Assembly: GCF_051058965.1 (NCBI RefSeq)
Contig: NZ_CP183924.1
Reading direction: 5' to 3' (one strand)
DNA: 64,000 bases
From: Corallococcus exiguus
GTDB lineage: Bacteria > Myxococcota > Myxococcia > Myxococcales > Myxococcaceae
Position 1 is the first letter of the stretch. Each line of letters begins with the position of its first letter. The notes beneath the pieces are model-generated. The model did not search any database, was not told where the DNA came from, and worked only from the letters and a program-made list of their open reading frames with translations. Of this stretch, positions 10,029-19,327 are shown piece after piece. Made by a program: the position numbers and the translations under genes.

Positions 10029-10150
10029 GGCCGAGGATCACGCCGCCGCGCCACGCCCCCAGTGCTGCTGCCCTGAGGCCGAGGATCACGCCGCCGCGCC
10101 ATGCCCGCCACGCCCCCAGTGCTGTTGCCCTGAGCCCGCGGCTCATGCAG
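9991..10150. repeat. tandem direct repeat, ~48-59 bp unit x ~3 (imperfect), duplicating the 3' end of the LysR gene
   Basis: Units gccatgcccgcgccacgcccccggtgctgctgccctgaggccgaggatcacgccgccgc / gccacgcccccagtgctgctgccctgaggccgaggatcacgccgccgc / gccatgcccgccacgcccccagtgctgttgccctgagcccgcggctcatgca are read directly in the sequence. Copy 1 encodes the LysR C-terminus (...ARATPPVLLP*). Copy 3 overlaps the stop of the convergent membrane-protein gene. Confidence 0.7.
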
Positions 10151-11135
10151 CCCAGCCCAGCCGCAGCGCGCCCAGGCACAGGCCCGCCATGAGCAGCCAC
10201 AGCGCCACCGCCTGCGCGAGCGGACGAAGGCCCACCGCCCGCAGCGTCTCGCGCGTCAGCCCGGCTCCCAACAGGAACAGCGTCACGACGAGCAGCTGCC
10301 GGGCGACAGCCGCCACGCCCTGCCCTACCGGTTCGAGCGACGGAAACACCGTCACGACCGCCGCCGCGCCAAGGAACCCGGCGATGAACCACGGCCGGCG
10401 CACCCGACCCGTCACCGCATGGCCTTCCCGTCGGCGCCACGCGGCCAGGCCCACGGTCAGCGGGAGGATCCACAAGGCGCGCGCCAGCTTCACGGGCGTG
10501 GCCACCGCCAGGGCCTCGGGGCCGTAGCGCAGCGCCGCGCCCACCACGGAGCTGGTGTCGTGGATGGCCATCGCGCACCACAAGCCGAACTGGTGCGGCG
10601 TCAGCCCCACCGCATGGCCCACGACGGGGAAGACGAACAGCGCCACGGCGTTGAGCAGGAACACCGTGCCCAGGGCCACGGACGTCTCATGCTCCTGGGG
10701 CCGCAGCACCGGCACCACCGCCGCGATGGCGCTCCCGCCGCAGATGGCCGTGCCCACGCTGATGAGCAGCCCCGTCACGCGGGGAACACCGAGCAGCCGG
10801 GCGAGCCCCACGCCCAGCGTCAGGCACACCGCGATGCCCACCACCGTGTAGCCCAGCCCCTCACGCCCCGCCGCGAGCACCGTGCGCAGGTCCATGCCCG
10901 CGCCCAGCCCCACCACCGCCAGGGACAACAGCCGGGGCGTCAGCGCCCGCGTCGTCGTGGCGAACGGATTGCCCACGGTCAGCGCCACGCACAGCCCCGC
11001 GAGCAGGGCCACGCCAGTGGAGACGAAAGGCAGCAGGCAGAGCGCCGCGCACAGCGGTACCAGGATATGTCCGGCCGTCCAGGTCCGGGGATGGACAACG
11101 GGAAGCGGTGGAGGCGTTTCCATGCGCCAGGACAT
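10143..11135 (-). CDS. YeiH/UPF0324-family inner-membrane protein (putative exporter)
   Basis: 330-aa polytopic membrane protein, Gly/Ala/Leu rich, ~10 predicted TM segments. Convergent with the LysR gene, as in E. coli yeiE/yeiH-type pairing. Confidence 0.7.
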   Translation of the reverse strand: MSWRMETPPPLPVVHPRTWTAGHILVPLCAALCLLPFVSTGVALLAGLCVALTVGNPFATTTRALTPRLLSLAVVGLGAGMDLRTVLAAGREGLGYTVVGIAVCLTLGVGLARLLGVPRVTGLLISVGTAICGGSAIAAVVPVLRPQEHETSVALGTVFLLNAVALFVFPVVGHAVGLTPHQFGLWCAMAIHDTSSVVGAALRYGPEALAVATPVKLARALWILPLTVGLAAWRRREGHAVTGRVRRPWFIAGFLGAAAVVTVFPSLEPVGQGVAAVARQLLVVTLFLLGAGLTRETLRAVGLRPLAQAVALWLLMAGLCLGALRLGWAA

Positions 11136-11180
11136 GCGCCGGGCGGCCTCCGGACACCAGATGTCAGAAGCGATAAGGCA

Positions 11181-11981
11181 TCAGTTTTCTGGATGGCTCA
11201 CGGGGATGAGCAGGGACAGCTCGTTGGGCGTGAGGATTTCGCAGGCGTCGCGGGTGACGAGCACGGTGTGCTCGAACTGGGCGGACAGGCTGCCGTCCGC
11301 GGTCACGACCGTCCACCCGTCCGGCATCATCCGGATGTCCGGCCGCCCCAGGTTCACCATGGGCTCGATGGTGATGACCATCCCCGAGCGCAGCGTGATG
11401 CCCGTGCCCGCCTTGCCCACGTGCGGCACGTGCGGCTCCCCATGCATCTGCCTGCCGATGCCGTGGCCCCCGAACTCCTCCACGATGCTGCACCCCTCCG
11501 CATTCGCCAGCGCCATCACCGCCGCGCCAATGTCCCCCAACCGCGCGCCGTGCCGCACCACCGACACGCCCGCGTCCCGGCAGCGCCGAGCCACGTCCAC
11601 GACGTGCTTCGCGTCCGCGGAGACCTCGCCAATCATGAACGTGGCGGACGTGTCGCCATGGAAGCCGTCCAGGTGCGTCGTCACGTCCACGTTGACGATG
11701 TCGCCGGGCTTCAGCACTTCATCCGTGCGCGGGATGCCATGGCACACCACGTGATTGCGGCTGGTGCACACCGTGGCCGGGAAGCCCTTGTAGCCCAGCT
11801 GACTGGGCGTCCCACCCCGCCGCGCCGTGTCCTCGCGAACCCACGCGTCGATGTCCGCTGTTGTCACGCCCGGCTGGAGCCGGGAGCCCACGTGCGCCAA
11901 CGTGCCCGCCGCCGCGCGGCCCGCGAGCCGCAGCCGCTCTACTTCACTGCCCTTGAAGAGAGGAATTCCCATGGCGGGCAA
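11181..11981 (-). CDS. map: type I methionine aminopeptidase
   Basis: 266 aa. Metal-ligand motifs DIVNVDVT, HGIGRQMHGEP and the pita-bread fold pattern are present. Confidence 0.85.
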   Translation of the reverse strand: MPAMGIPLFKGSEVERLRLAGRAAAGTLAHVGSRLQPGVTTADIDAWVREDTARRGGTPSQLGYKGFPATVCTSRNHVVCHGIPRTDEVLKPGDIVNVDVTTHLDGFHGDTSATFMIGEVSADAKHVVDVARRCRDAGVSVVRHGARLGDIGAAVMALANAEGCSIVEEFGGHGIGRQMHGEPHVPHVGKAGTGITLRSGMVITIEPMVNLGRPDIRMMPDGWTVVTADGSLSAQFEHTVLVTRDACEILTPNELSLLIPVSHPEN

Positions 11982-12022
11982 GGTGGCACCCGCCCGTCCG
12001 GAGCGTCCAATGCTGTTCTGGC

Positions 12023-12367
12023 ATGACGCGGCCTGGGTGCACGGCGCGCACGACTCGCGCTAACCTTCCGCGCGTGAGCATCACGCACCTCCAGTCCTTC
12101 GTCGCGGTGGCGGAAGAGGGCCATGTGGGCCGGGCCGCGCTCCGGCTGCACATCACCCAGCCGCCGCTCAGCCGTCACATCCTCGCCCTGGAGGATGAGC
12201 TGGGCACGCCCCTCTTCGAGCGCGTCCCCAAAGGCATGCGCCTGCTGCCCACCGGCGAGGCCCTGCTCCACCACGCGCGCCGCATCCTGGCGGAGGTGGA
12301 GGTCGCCACCCTCACCGTGCGCGAGGCGGCCGGAGGCTCTGGAGCCTCCAAGCCGCCCCACACCTGA
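12023..12367 (+). pseudogene. truncated LysR-family regulator (HTH domain only; effector-binding domain missing)
   Basis: ITHLQSFVAVAEEGHVGRAALRLHITQPPLSRHILALEDELGTPLFERVPKGMRLLPTGEAL is a complete LysR HTH. The reading frame ends after ~110 aa, 4 nt before the stop of the convergent helicase gene, so the co-inducer domain is missing. Confidence 0.5.
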
Positions 12368-12370
12368 CGG

Positions 12371-14932
12371 TCAAGACCAGGCGGTCATGCCGCCAATGCG
12401 GCGCAGCATCAGGATGGGGCCGTCGTCCATGCGGCGGCCGCGCAGGTCAATCTCACAGTCGATGACCCAGTCCCCATGGCCCTCCGGGTCCATGATGCGC
12501 TGCTGGGCCTCCCACTGGCGCGTGCCCGCCTCCTTGAGCTGCGTGTTCGCCGGCTTGCGCGCCTGGGGCGTGAGCACCACCAGCTTGTGCTCCTCGAAGT
12601 ACGGCGCCATGGCCAGCTCCAGCTTCGGCGCGGTCCACTCGCCCAGCGCGTTGTCCAGCATGCCCAGCGCGTCCAGGTAGCGGCGCTGGCCCAGCGCACG
12701 CAACAAACGGTGCAGCTCTTCGCGCACGCGCGCGGCGAAGGCCTTGGGGTCCTCCGTGAGCTCCTTGGGCTTGAGGTCCACCACCGGCTTCACTTCGACG
12801 GGGGCCTCCGGGTTGCGCATCCGCTCCCACTCGTCCAGCAGGCTGGAGTCCACCTGACGCAGCGTCGCGCGAAGGTGGTCGAGGATGTCGTCCAGGTCCT
12901 CGTTGCGGAACTTCTCCGGCACCGTCTGCACCAGCGACTTGTAGACGTCACCCACGTAGCGCAGCAGCACGCCCTCGCTGCGCTGCAGGCCGTACTCGCG
13001 CACGTAGTCGTGGAAGGACATGAAGCGCTCGAACATGTCCCGGACAATGGACTTGGGCCGGATGTTCTCCTCGCCCACCCACGGGTGCTTCTTCGCGAAG
13101 GCGTTGAAGGTGCCGTAGACGAACTCGCGGTTCGGCTTGGGCCACTCCAGCTTCTCCAGCTCCTCCATGCGGTCGTCGTACTCCACGCCCCGCGCCTTCA
13201 TCTCCTGGATCTTCTCCCCCTTCAGCTGGTGCAGCTGCGCGTACAGCACCACGTCCGGGTTCTCCAGGATGGACTCCACCAGCGTGACGACGTCCAGCGC
13301 GTACGTGTCCAGCGTGGGGTCCAACAGCTCCAGCGTCTCATGCAGGTACAGCGACAGCGTGTGGTTGAGGCTGAAGTCGCGCTGCAGGTCCTCCGACACC
13401 TCCACCGTCGCCGAGTGCTTCTCCCACTGCACCACCTTGACGATGCCCGCGTCGCGCAGCGTGCGGAAGTACATCGCCGCGTCCTTCAGGAGCTTCTTCT
13501 TCGTGTAGTCGGAGCTGTGCGAGCGCATCACCAGCTGCACCAGCCGCTTGTAGCCGCCGCTGCCTTCCGTCTTGTCGCTCTGGAGCAGGTTGAGCAGCAG
13601 GCCGTGGCTCACGTCGAAGCGCGACTCCAGCGGCTCCGGCATCCCGTTCTGGAGCCGCTCGAAGGTGCTCTTGTCGAACTGCACGAACCCCTTCTGCGGC
13701 GGCTTCGCCTTGGGCGTCTTCTTCTTGCCCGCGGCCTCCTTCGCCGCCTGGCGGATGTTTTCGATCATGTACTCCGGGGCCTGTGCCACCACGCTGCCCT
13801 CGGTGTCGAAGCCCTTGCGGCCCGCGCGGCCGGAGATCTGCTTGAAGTCACGCACGCTCAGCGTCGTCAGCTTCTCGCCGTTGAACTTGAACAGCTGCGT
13901 GAAGAGCACCGTGCGGATGGGGATGTTCACGCCCACGCCCAGCGTGTCCGTGCCGCTGATGACCTTGAGCAGGCCCTGCTGCGCCAGCTTCTCCACCAGC
14001 AGGCGGTACTTGGGCAGCAGGCCCGCGTGGTGCATGCCGATGCCGTGGCGCAGGAAGCGCTGGAAGTCCTTGCCGTAGGGCGTGTCGAAGGGGGCGTCCA
14101 GCAGCGCCTGGCGGATCTCCTCCTTCTCTTCCTTGGTGTTGAAGTCCACGGACATCAAATTCTGCGCCTGCTCGGCCGCGGCCCGCTGCGTGAAGTTCAC
14201 CAGGTACACGGGGTACTTCCCGCGCGCGATGAGGTCCTGGATGGTCTCGTGCAGCGGCACCTCGCGGTAGTCGAAGTCCAGCGGCACGGGGCGCTCGGAG
14301 CTGCGCACCGTGGCCACCTCGCGGCCGGTGAGCTTCTCCAGGCTCTGCTCGATGACGTGCGTGTCGCCCAGCGTGGCGGACATCAGCAGGAACTGCGTCT
14401 TGGGCAGCGCCAGCAGCGGAATCTGCCAGGCCACCCCGCGCTCCTTGTCGGAGTAGTAGTGGAACTCGTCCATCACCACCGCGTCCACGCGCGCGGAGGC
14501 GTCACGCAGCGCGAGGTTCGAAAGAATCTCCGCCGTGCAGCAGAGGATGGGCGCCTCGCGGTTGATGGACGCGTCGCCCGTCAGCATGCCCACGTTCTCC
14601 GGGCCGAAGGCCTTGGAGAGCGCGAAGAACTTCTCGTTCACCAGCGCCTTGATGGGGCACGTGTAGAACGACACCTTGCCCTCGGCCATGGCCTTGAAGT
14701 GGAGCGCCATGGCCACCAGCGACTTGCCGGAGCCCGTGGGCGTCTTGAGGAACAGGTGCTTGTCGCTCAAGAGCTCCAGGATGGCCTCCTCCTGGGCGGA
14801 GTACAGGCTCAGGCCGTTCGTGGCCACGTAGCCCACGAAGCGGTTGAGGATCTCGTCGGCATCGAGAGGGGGCTCGCCAGGCTTCGGCAGCAAGGCGGCG
14901 AGCGGGGCGCGGGTGTCGGCGGAGGCACTCAT
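12371..14932 (-). CDS. DEAD/DEAH-box superfamily-2 helicase with long C-terminal extension (DUF3516-like)
   Basis: From internal ATG (MSASADTRAPLAALLP). Walker A TGSGKS, DEFH box (VVMDEFHYY), SAT-like MSATLG, helicase C motifs (TDTLGVGVNIP, QISGRAGRKG). ~854 aa. ORF track over-extends to 15109. Confidence 0.8.
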   Translation of the reverse strand: MSASADTRAPLAALLPKPGEPPLDADEILNRFVGYVATNGLSLYSAQEEAILELLSDKHLFLKTPTGSGKSLVAMALHFKAMAEGKVSFYTCPIKALVNEKFFALSKAFGPENVGMLTGDASINREAPILCCTAEILSNLALRDASARVDAVVMDEFHYYSDKERGVAWQIPLLALPKTQFLLMSATLGDTHVIEQSLEKLTGREVATVRSSERPVPLDFDYREVPLHETIQDLIARGKYPVYLVNFTQRAAAEQAQNLMSVDFNTKEEKEEIRQALLDAPFDTPYGKDFQRFLRHGIGMHHAGLLPKYRLLVEKLAQQGLLKVISGTDTLGVGVNIPIRTVLFTQLFKFNGEKLTTLSVRDFKQISGRAGRKGFDTEGSVVAQAPEYMIENIRQAAKEAAGKKKTPKAKPPQKGFVQFDKSTFERLQNGMPEPLESRFDVSHGLLLNLLQSDKTEGSGGYKRLVQLVMRSHSSDYTKKKLLKDAAMYFRTLRDAGIVKVVQWEKHSATVEVSEDLQRDFSLNHTLSLYLHETLELLDPTLDTYALDVVTLVESILENPDVVLYAQLHQLKGEKIQEMKARGVEYDDRMEELEKLEWPKPNREFVYGTFNAFAKKHPWVGEENIRPKSIVRDMFERFMSFHDYVREYGLQRSEGVLLRYVGDVYKSLVQTVPEKFRNEDLDDILDHLRATLRQVDSSLLDEWERMRNPEAPVEVKPVVDLKPKELTEDPKAFAARVREELHRLLRALGQRRYLDALGMLDNALGEWTAPKLELAMAPYFEEHKLVVLTPQARKPANTQLKEAGTRQWEAQQRIMDPEGHGDWVIDCEIDLRGRRMDDGPILMLRRIGGMTAWS

Positions 14933-15126
14933 CGGGCCCGACTCTAGGAGGTGCCGCCCCATCCCCGTGAAAAATCGCGCGTCCCCGGGCCGACACTCGC
15001 ACCCGGAGAGGTCCCCTGCCTGCCCGGCCTGTGCACCCGGGCACAGTGGCAACGGCTGGGACGCGGATGGCCATGGGCGGTGGGCCTCCCCATCCTGCCC
15101 CCGCGACATTCATGAGGGGGTTGGAC

Positions 15127-15759
15127 ATGCGGACAGCGAAATTCTGGATGGGGACACTGCTGGCGGGCGCGCTGGCGCTGGGCTACGGGTGCGGGAGCGA
15201 GGCGAACAAGGATCCGACACCGCAGGACGCACCGCAGCAGCAGTACCCGGACGCGGGCACCGACGCGGGCGTGTTGCTGACGCTCACCGACGCGCAGATC
15301 GCCCGCGTCCTGCAGGTGGCCAACGAGGGCGAGGTGATGCTGGGCCAGTACGCCGCGCCGCTCGCCACCGAGCAGGCCGTGATCGACTTCAACAACCAGA
15401 TGGTGACGGAGCACACCGCCGTGAAACAACGGCTGGACGCGGTGCTCGCGGCCGAAGGCATCACGCCCGAGGACTCCGCGCTGAGCCTCCAATTGCAGAC
15501 ACAGGTCCAGCAGATCATGCAGATCCTCGCCGGTCCGAACGCACCGGCCGCGGGCGCCGCGCTCGACCAGGCGCTGATCAGCGCGCAGCTCGGCGTGCAC
15601 ACGCAAGTCGGCTTCCTCTCCGACAGCCTGCTGTCGACCCAGATCACCAACCCGGCCCTGGCGCAGGAGGCGCTCACCGAGCGGCAGGGCGTGCAGCAGC
15701 ACATCAACACCGCCGCGGACATCCAGTCGAACCTGGTGCTCCCACCCGTCACGCCTTAG
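15127..15759 (+). CDS. DUF4142-family lipoprotein
   Basis: MRTAKFWMGTLLAGALALGYGCGS is a signal peptide with Cys (lipobox-like). The body matches the DUF4142 pattern (…EGEVMLGQYA…NNQMVTEHT…). Confidence 0.65.
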   Translation: MRTAKFWMGTLLAGALALGYGCGSEANKDPTPQDAPQQQYPDAGTDAGVLLTLTDAQIARVLQVANEGEVMLGQYAAPLATEQAVIDFNNQMVTEHTAVKQRLDAVLAAEGITPEDSALSLQLQTQVQQIMQILAGPNAPAAGAALDQALISAQLGVHTQVGFLSDSLLSTQITNPALAQEALTERQGVQQHINTAADIQSNLVLPPVTP

Positions 15760-15907
15760 TAGGAGCGCTTTCCGTCGCTGGATAAAAATACAGCTCGGGC
15801 TCTCAGAACCTGAGAGCCCGAGCCTGCTCACACGACCCATGGGGGAGGATTCGACCCAGGTGCTTTCCAATCGTGTCGGACCGGTTTAGTAGGAATTTGG
15901 ACCGCCG

Positions 15908-17566
15908 ATGCAAAAGCCAACCGAACCGACCTCCGCGCAGAGCGAGCCGTTGACCACGGGACGGGTCCTGCGCTCCACGTATGAGATTGGCACCGTGCTG
16001 GGCAAGGGTGGCATGGGCGCGGTGTTCCTCGCGCGCCACCTGCGCCTGCCGGGCAAGCAGGTCGCCATCAAGGTGCTGCACGGCGCGGAGGAGGTGTCGG
16101 AAGAGGTGGCGCTGCGCTTCCGGCGCGAGGCGGAGATCGCCTCCCGGCTGGGGCACCCGAACATCGTGGAGGTGCTGGACTTCGACACCCTGGAGGACGG
16201 CACGCCCTTCATGGTGATGGAGTACCTGCGCGGTGAGGGCCTGTCGCGCCGGCTGCGCAAGCAGAAGAAGTTGCCGCTGGAGGAGGTCTTCTCCATCACG
16301 CGGCAGATGGGCGCGGCATTGCAGGCGGCGCACCGCGCGGGCGTGGTGCACCGCGACCTGAAGCCGGGCAACGTGTTCCTCGTGCCCACGGAAGCGGGCG
16401 GCGTCGTGGGCGAGCGCGTGAAGCTGCTCGACTTCGGCATCTCCAAGCTCGTGGACTCGCGCACGCTGATGACGCTGGACTCCGTGCTGATGGGGACGCC
16501 GCAGTACATGGCCCCCGAGCAGGCCATGGGCCACAACAGCAACGTGGACGCGCGCACGGACCTCTTCGCGTTCGGCTGCATCGTCTACGAGATGATCGCG
16601 GGCCGGCCGCCCTACTCCGGCGACAACGTCGCGGAGCTCATCTACCAGATCGTCCACCTGGAGCCCCCGCCGCTCCTGTCGCTTGCGCCCGAGACGCCGC
16701 CGCACGTGGTGACGGCCATCTCCCGCGCGATGGCGAAGAAGCCAGACGACCGCTACCCGGACGTGGGCTCGTTCATCCTGGACCTGACGGGCAGCCCGCT
16801 CCAGACGCTCGCGGAAGTGAAGCCGGAGCAGCGCTCGCGTCCCGCCAATCCCACGGCCCCGCCGTCGGTGCCGCGTCCGCCGGACCGCGAGGAGCACATC
16901 CCCACGGTGGGCATGCGTCCCCACGCCGGCCACGACACGTCGTCCCCTGCCCCTTCCGCGGGACCTCAGACGGAGTCCCTGGCCGCCCAGCCGCTGGCCC
17001 CCGCCCGCCCGAAGTGGCCGGTGGCCGTGGCCGTGGGGATGGCGGTCATCATCGCGTTCGCCGTCGCCTTCTTCTGGAAGCGCCCGGGCGTGACGGCGCC
17101 CGCCGTCGGGGTGGTGAATCCCCCGTCGCCCCCGGTCCAGCCGCGGCCCCAGCCCACGGAGCCCGTCACCCCGCCCGCCGTGGTCGTGGCGCCGCCGGAG
17201 GACGTGAACAAGCCCGTGGATCCGGAGCCCCAGCCGACGCAGCCGACGGAACCGGAGAACTCCACGCAGCCCACGGTGAACACAAAGCCGAAGGCTCGCG
17301 GCACCCCCGAGTCCATGCCGGACAGCGTCCGCGAGGACCTGGCGGCGGCGCAGAAGGCGCTGGACGCTTCGAACACGGAAGAAGCGCTGCGTCACATCCG
17401 GCGCAGCCAGCGCACGAAGATCACCGGCCTGTCGTTCTCGCTGCTCACCCGCGTGTACTGCCAGCAACACGACCTGGCGAACTCGCGGGCACAATGGACC
17501 CGCGTACCGGCAACGGAACGTCCAAGGGTCCGACAATACTGTTCGCAGTACGATATCGACCTTTAG
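15908..17566 (+). CDS. Ser/Thr protein kinase (Hanks-type) with Pro-rich linker and TM segment
   Basis: GKGGMGAVF G-loop, VAIKVL, HRDLKPGNVFL, DFGISK and APEQ motifs. A Pro-rich segment and one TM helix (WPVAVAVGMAVIIAFAVAFFW) follow, then a C-terminal extracytoplasmic domain. Confidence 0.85.
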   Translation: MQKPTEPTSAQSEPLTTGRVLRSTYEIGTVLGKGGMGAVFLARHLRLPGKQVAIKVLHGAEEVSEEVALRFRREAEIASRLGHPNIVEVLDFDTLEDGTPFMVMEYLRGEGLSRRLRKQKKLPLEEVFSITRQMGAALQAAHRAGVVHRDLKPGNVFLVPTEAGGVVGERVKLLDFGISKLVDSRTLMTLDSVLMGTPQYMAPEQAMGHNSNVDARTDLFAFGCIVYEMIAGRPPYSGDNVAELIYQIVHLEPPPLLSLAPETPPHVVTAISRAMAKKPDDRYPDVGSFILDLTGSPLQTLAEVKPEQRSRPANPTAPPSVPRPPDREEHIPTVGMRPHAGHDTSSPAPSAGPQTESLAAQPLAPARPKWPVAVAVGMAVIIAFAVAFFWKRPGVTAPAVGVVNPPSPPVQPRPQPTEPVTPPAVVVAPPEDVNKPVDPEPQPTQPTEPENSTQPTVNTKPKARGTPESMPDSVREDLAAAQKALDASNTEEALRHIRRSQRTKITGLSFSLLTRVYCQQHDLANSRAQWTRVPATERPRVRQYCSQYDIDL

Positions 17567-17626
17567 GGTCGTCCGGGCGCGCGGAAACTCCAGAGCGGGG
17601 GCGCGCCCGCAATCCAAGGAGTCGTC

Positions 17627-18463
17627 GTGAGAGTGCTACTGGCAGTGGGGGTCGTGGCGCTGTCCCTGGGGTGTTCCCGGGGCGTGCGGCCCGACAGCGA
17701 GGTGGCGGGTACGAAGCCCACCACCGGCAAGGTGTATTCCAACGAGGCCGGCGAGAAGATCACCCTCATCGCGCTGGAGCCCGGTGACGCGAAGAAGGCG
17801 CTGGTCGCGTTCGAAGGCACCAAGAGCGAGCTGGACGGACAGGTGCTGGTCGCGGGGGTGGACACGCAGCAGCGGCGCGCCGTGGAGTACTGGACGATGT
17901 GGCGCGGCAACAAGCAGCGCTTCGTCACCGTGCACGATCGGGGCGGCTACGAGGACCTGGTCTTCAGCGGCGTGAACCACACGGGCTACACGCACCTGAA
18001 GCCGGACACGGCCAAGACGGGCGCGCTGAAGGTGGAGAAGGTCTTCGAGCGCTACCAGGACCTGGAAGGCGACAAGAAGTACAAGGGCCTGCTCGCGTTC
18101 GACCGCAAGTTCTGGACGAACCAGGCGGAGACGCAGCTGTCCGAGGCCCTGGCGGCGACGAACAAGGCGTGCGGCTCCAAGCTGACGTCCACCGTGGCCT
18201 GGGACTCCATCACGGACGCGCAGATCAACAAGATGTCCTTTGGCAGCTACTGCGTGGGCCCGCTGGAGTCGCTCCAGAAGCTGTGCGAGCGCTCCGACGA
18301 GGCCAAGCGCACCGTCCAGCAGAAGCTCCAGGCGGTGGAGTGCCGCTTGGACGACGCCAAGGCCGCGCTGAAGCTGGAAGCCCAGAAGGTCATCTGGTCC
18401 GTGACCGCGGATCGGACGGTCCAGTCGGACGAGACCACCACCTTCTTCACCGACAACCTCTAG
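17627..18463 (+). CDS. hypothetical lipoprotein
   Basis: MRVLLAVGVVALSLGCS is a lipoprotein signal (LSLGC lipobox). 278 aa, good GC3. No known domain recognised. Confidence 0.6.
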   Translation: MRVLLAVGVVALSLGCSRGVRPDSEVAGTKPTTGKVYSNEAGEKITLIALEPGDAKKALVAFEGTKSELDGQVLVAGVDTQQRRAVEYWTMWRGNKQRFVTVHDRGGYEDLVFSGVNHTGYTHLKPDTAKTGALKVEKVFERYQDLEGDKKYKGLLAFDRKFWTNQAETQLSEALAATNKACGSKLTSTVAWDSITDAQINKMSFGSYCVGPLESLQKLCERSDEAKRTVQQKLQAVECRLDDAKAALKLEAQKVIWSVTADRTVQSDETTTFFTDNL

Positions 18464-18481
18464 AACGAAAGCCCACCGACA

Positions 18482-19297
18482 ATGACGCTTCGACGCATGG
18501 TCATCGCCCTGGGGCTCGTCCTGGCCCCGCAAGCCGCGCTCGCGCTGGATCCGCCCTGGAAGCAGGAGCAGAAGCTGCGCGACCGCATGGTGCTGGAGTC
18601 CGCGAAGGTCTGCGCGGACGGCAAGGGCCACTACACGGTCCTCATCCCCCAGACGCCCGAGCACGAGGGCGACCTGTTCTACGGGGACGGCAAGACGTTC
18701 ACGCAGGTGGTGCCCGTGGGCTACACCTCCGCCACGGACGGCGCCTTCTTCGAGCCCCGCTTCTTCAACCCCAAGGCCAACGACAACTTCCGCGGCACGG
18801 ACTACCGCGTCGTCTCCGACGTGAAGCTGAGCGACGACTTCAAGACGTGCGCGCTGCGCTGCGGGGAGAAGAACCTGCCCCAGCAGCCGGTACCGGCGGC
18901 AGAGGCCAAGGAGCTCTTGCGCAAGGCCACGTACCAGCCCAGCCCGGTGAAGTTCCAGCCGTACGCGCTGCTGCGCGACGACAAGGGCGTGTACTACCTG
19001 GTGGAGCGCGGCATCGGCTCGGACAACAAGAGCTTCCGCATCTTCACGGGCCAGCGTGGCCAGGTGAAGCAGCAGAAGATGCTCAACGTCGTCACCGACT
19101 CGCAGGGAGAAATCTTCTCCACGCAGGGCGGCGACCTGCGCCTCGTGGTGGACCGCGAGGAGCCGTCGTTCTGGGTGGTGAAGAGCAAGCGCCAGAAGCT
19201 GCGCGCGGTGCCGGTGGGTGAGAACCTGCCGTTCATCTACAACGAGCTGGGCGTCTACACGGGCGCGCGGTTGGGCACGCCCTGCGACGACGTGTAG
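18482..19297 (+). CDS. hypothetical secreted protein
   Basis: MTLRRMVIALGLVLAPQAALA is a type I signal peptide. 271 aa. Immediately downstream of and co-oriented with the kinase and lipoprotein genes. Confidence 0.6.
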   Translation: MTLRRMVIALGLVLAPQAALALDPPWKQEQKLRDRMVLESAKVCADGKGHYTVLIPQTPEHEGDLFYGDGKTFTQVVPVGYTSATDGAFFEPRFFNPKANDNFRGTDYRVVSDVKLSDDFKTCALRCGEKNLPQQPVPAAEAKELLRKATYQPSPVKFQPYALLRDDKGVYYLVERGIGSDNKSFRIFTGQRGQVKQQKMLNVVTDSQGEIFSTQGGDLRLVVDREEPSFWVVKSKRQKLRAVPVGENLPFIYNELGVYTGARLGTPCDDV

Positions 19298-19327
19298 TCC
19301 CGTAGCACCGGGGAGCCCCGGGCACGG

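Noticed and set aside
10419-12026. 535-aa + strand ORF over yeiH-like and map genes
   Set aside because: Antisense shadow. The map and membrane-protein frames carry recognisable motifs.
12476-14947. 823-aa + strand ORF opposite the helicase gene
   Set aside because: Antisense to a frame containing Walker A, DEFH and helicase C motifs.
15803-17617. 604-aa minus ORF opposite the Ser/Thr kinase
   Set aside because: Antisense shadow of a gene with a complete Hanks kinase motif set.
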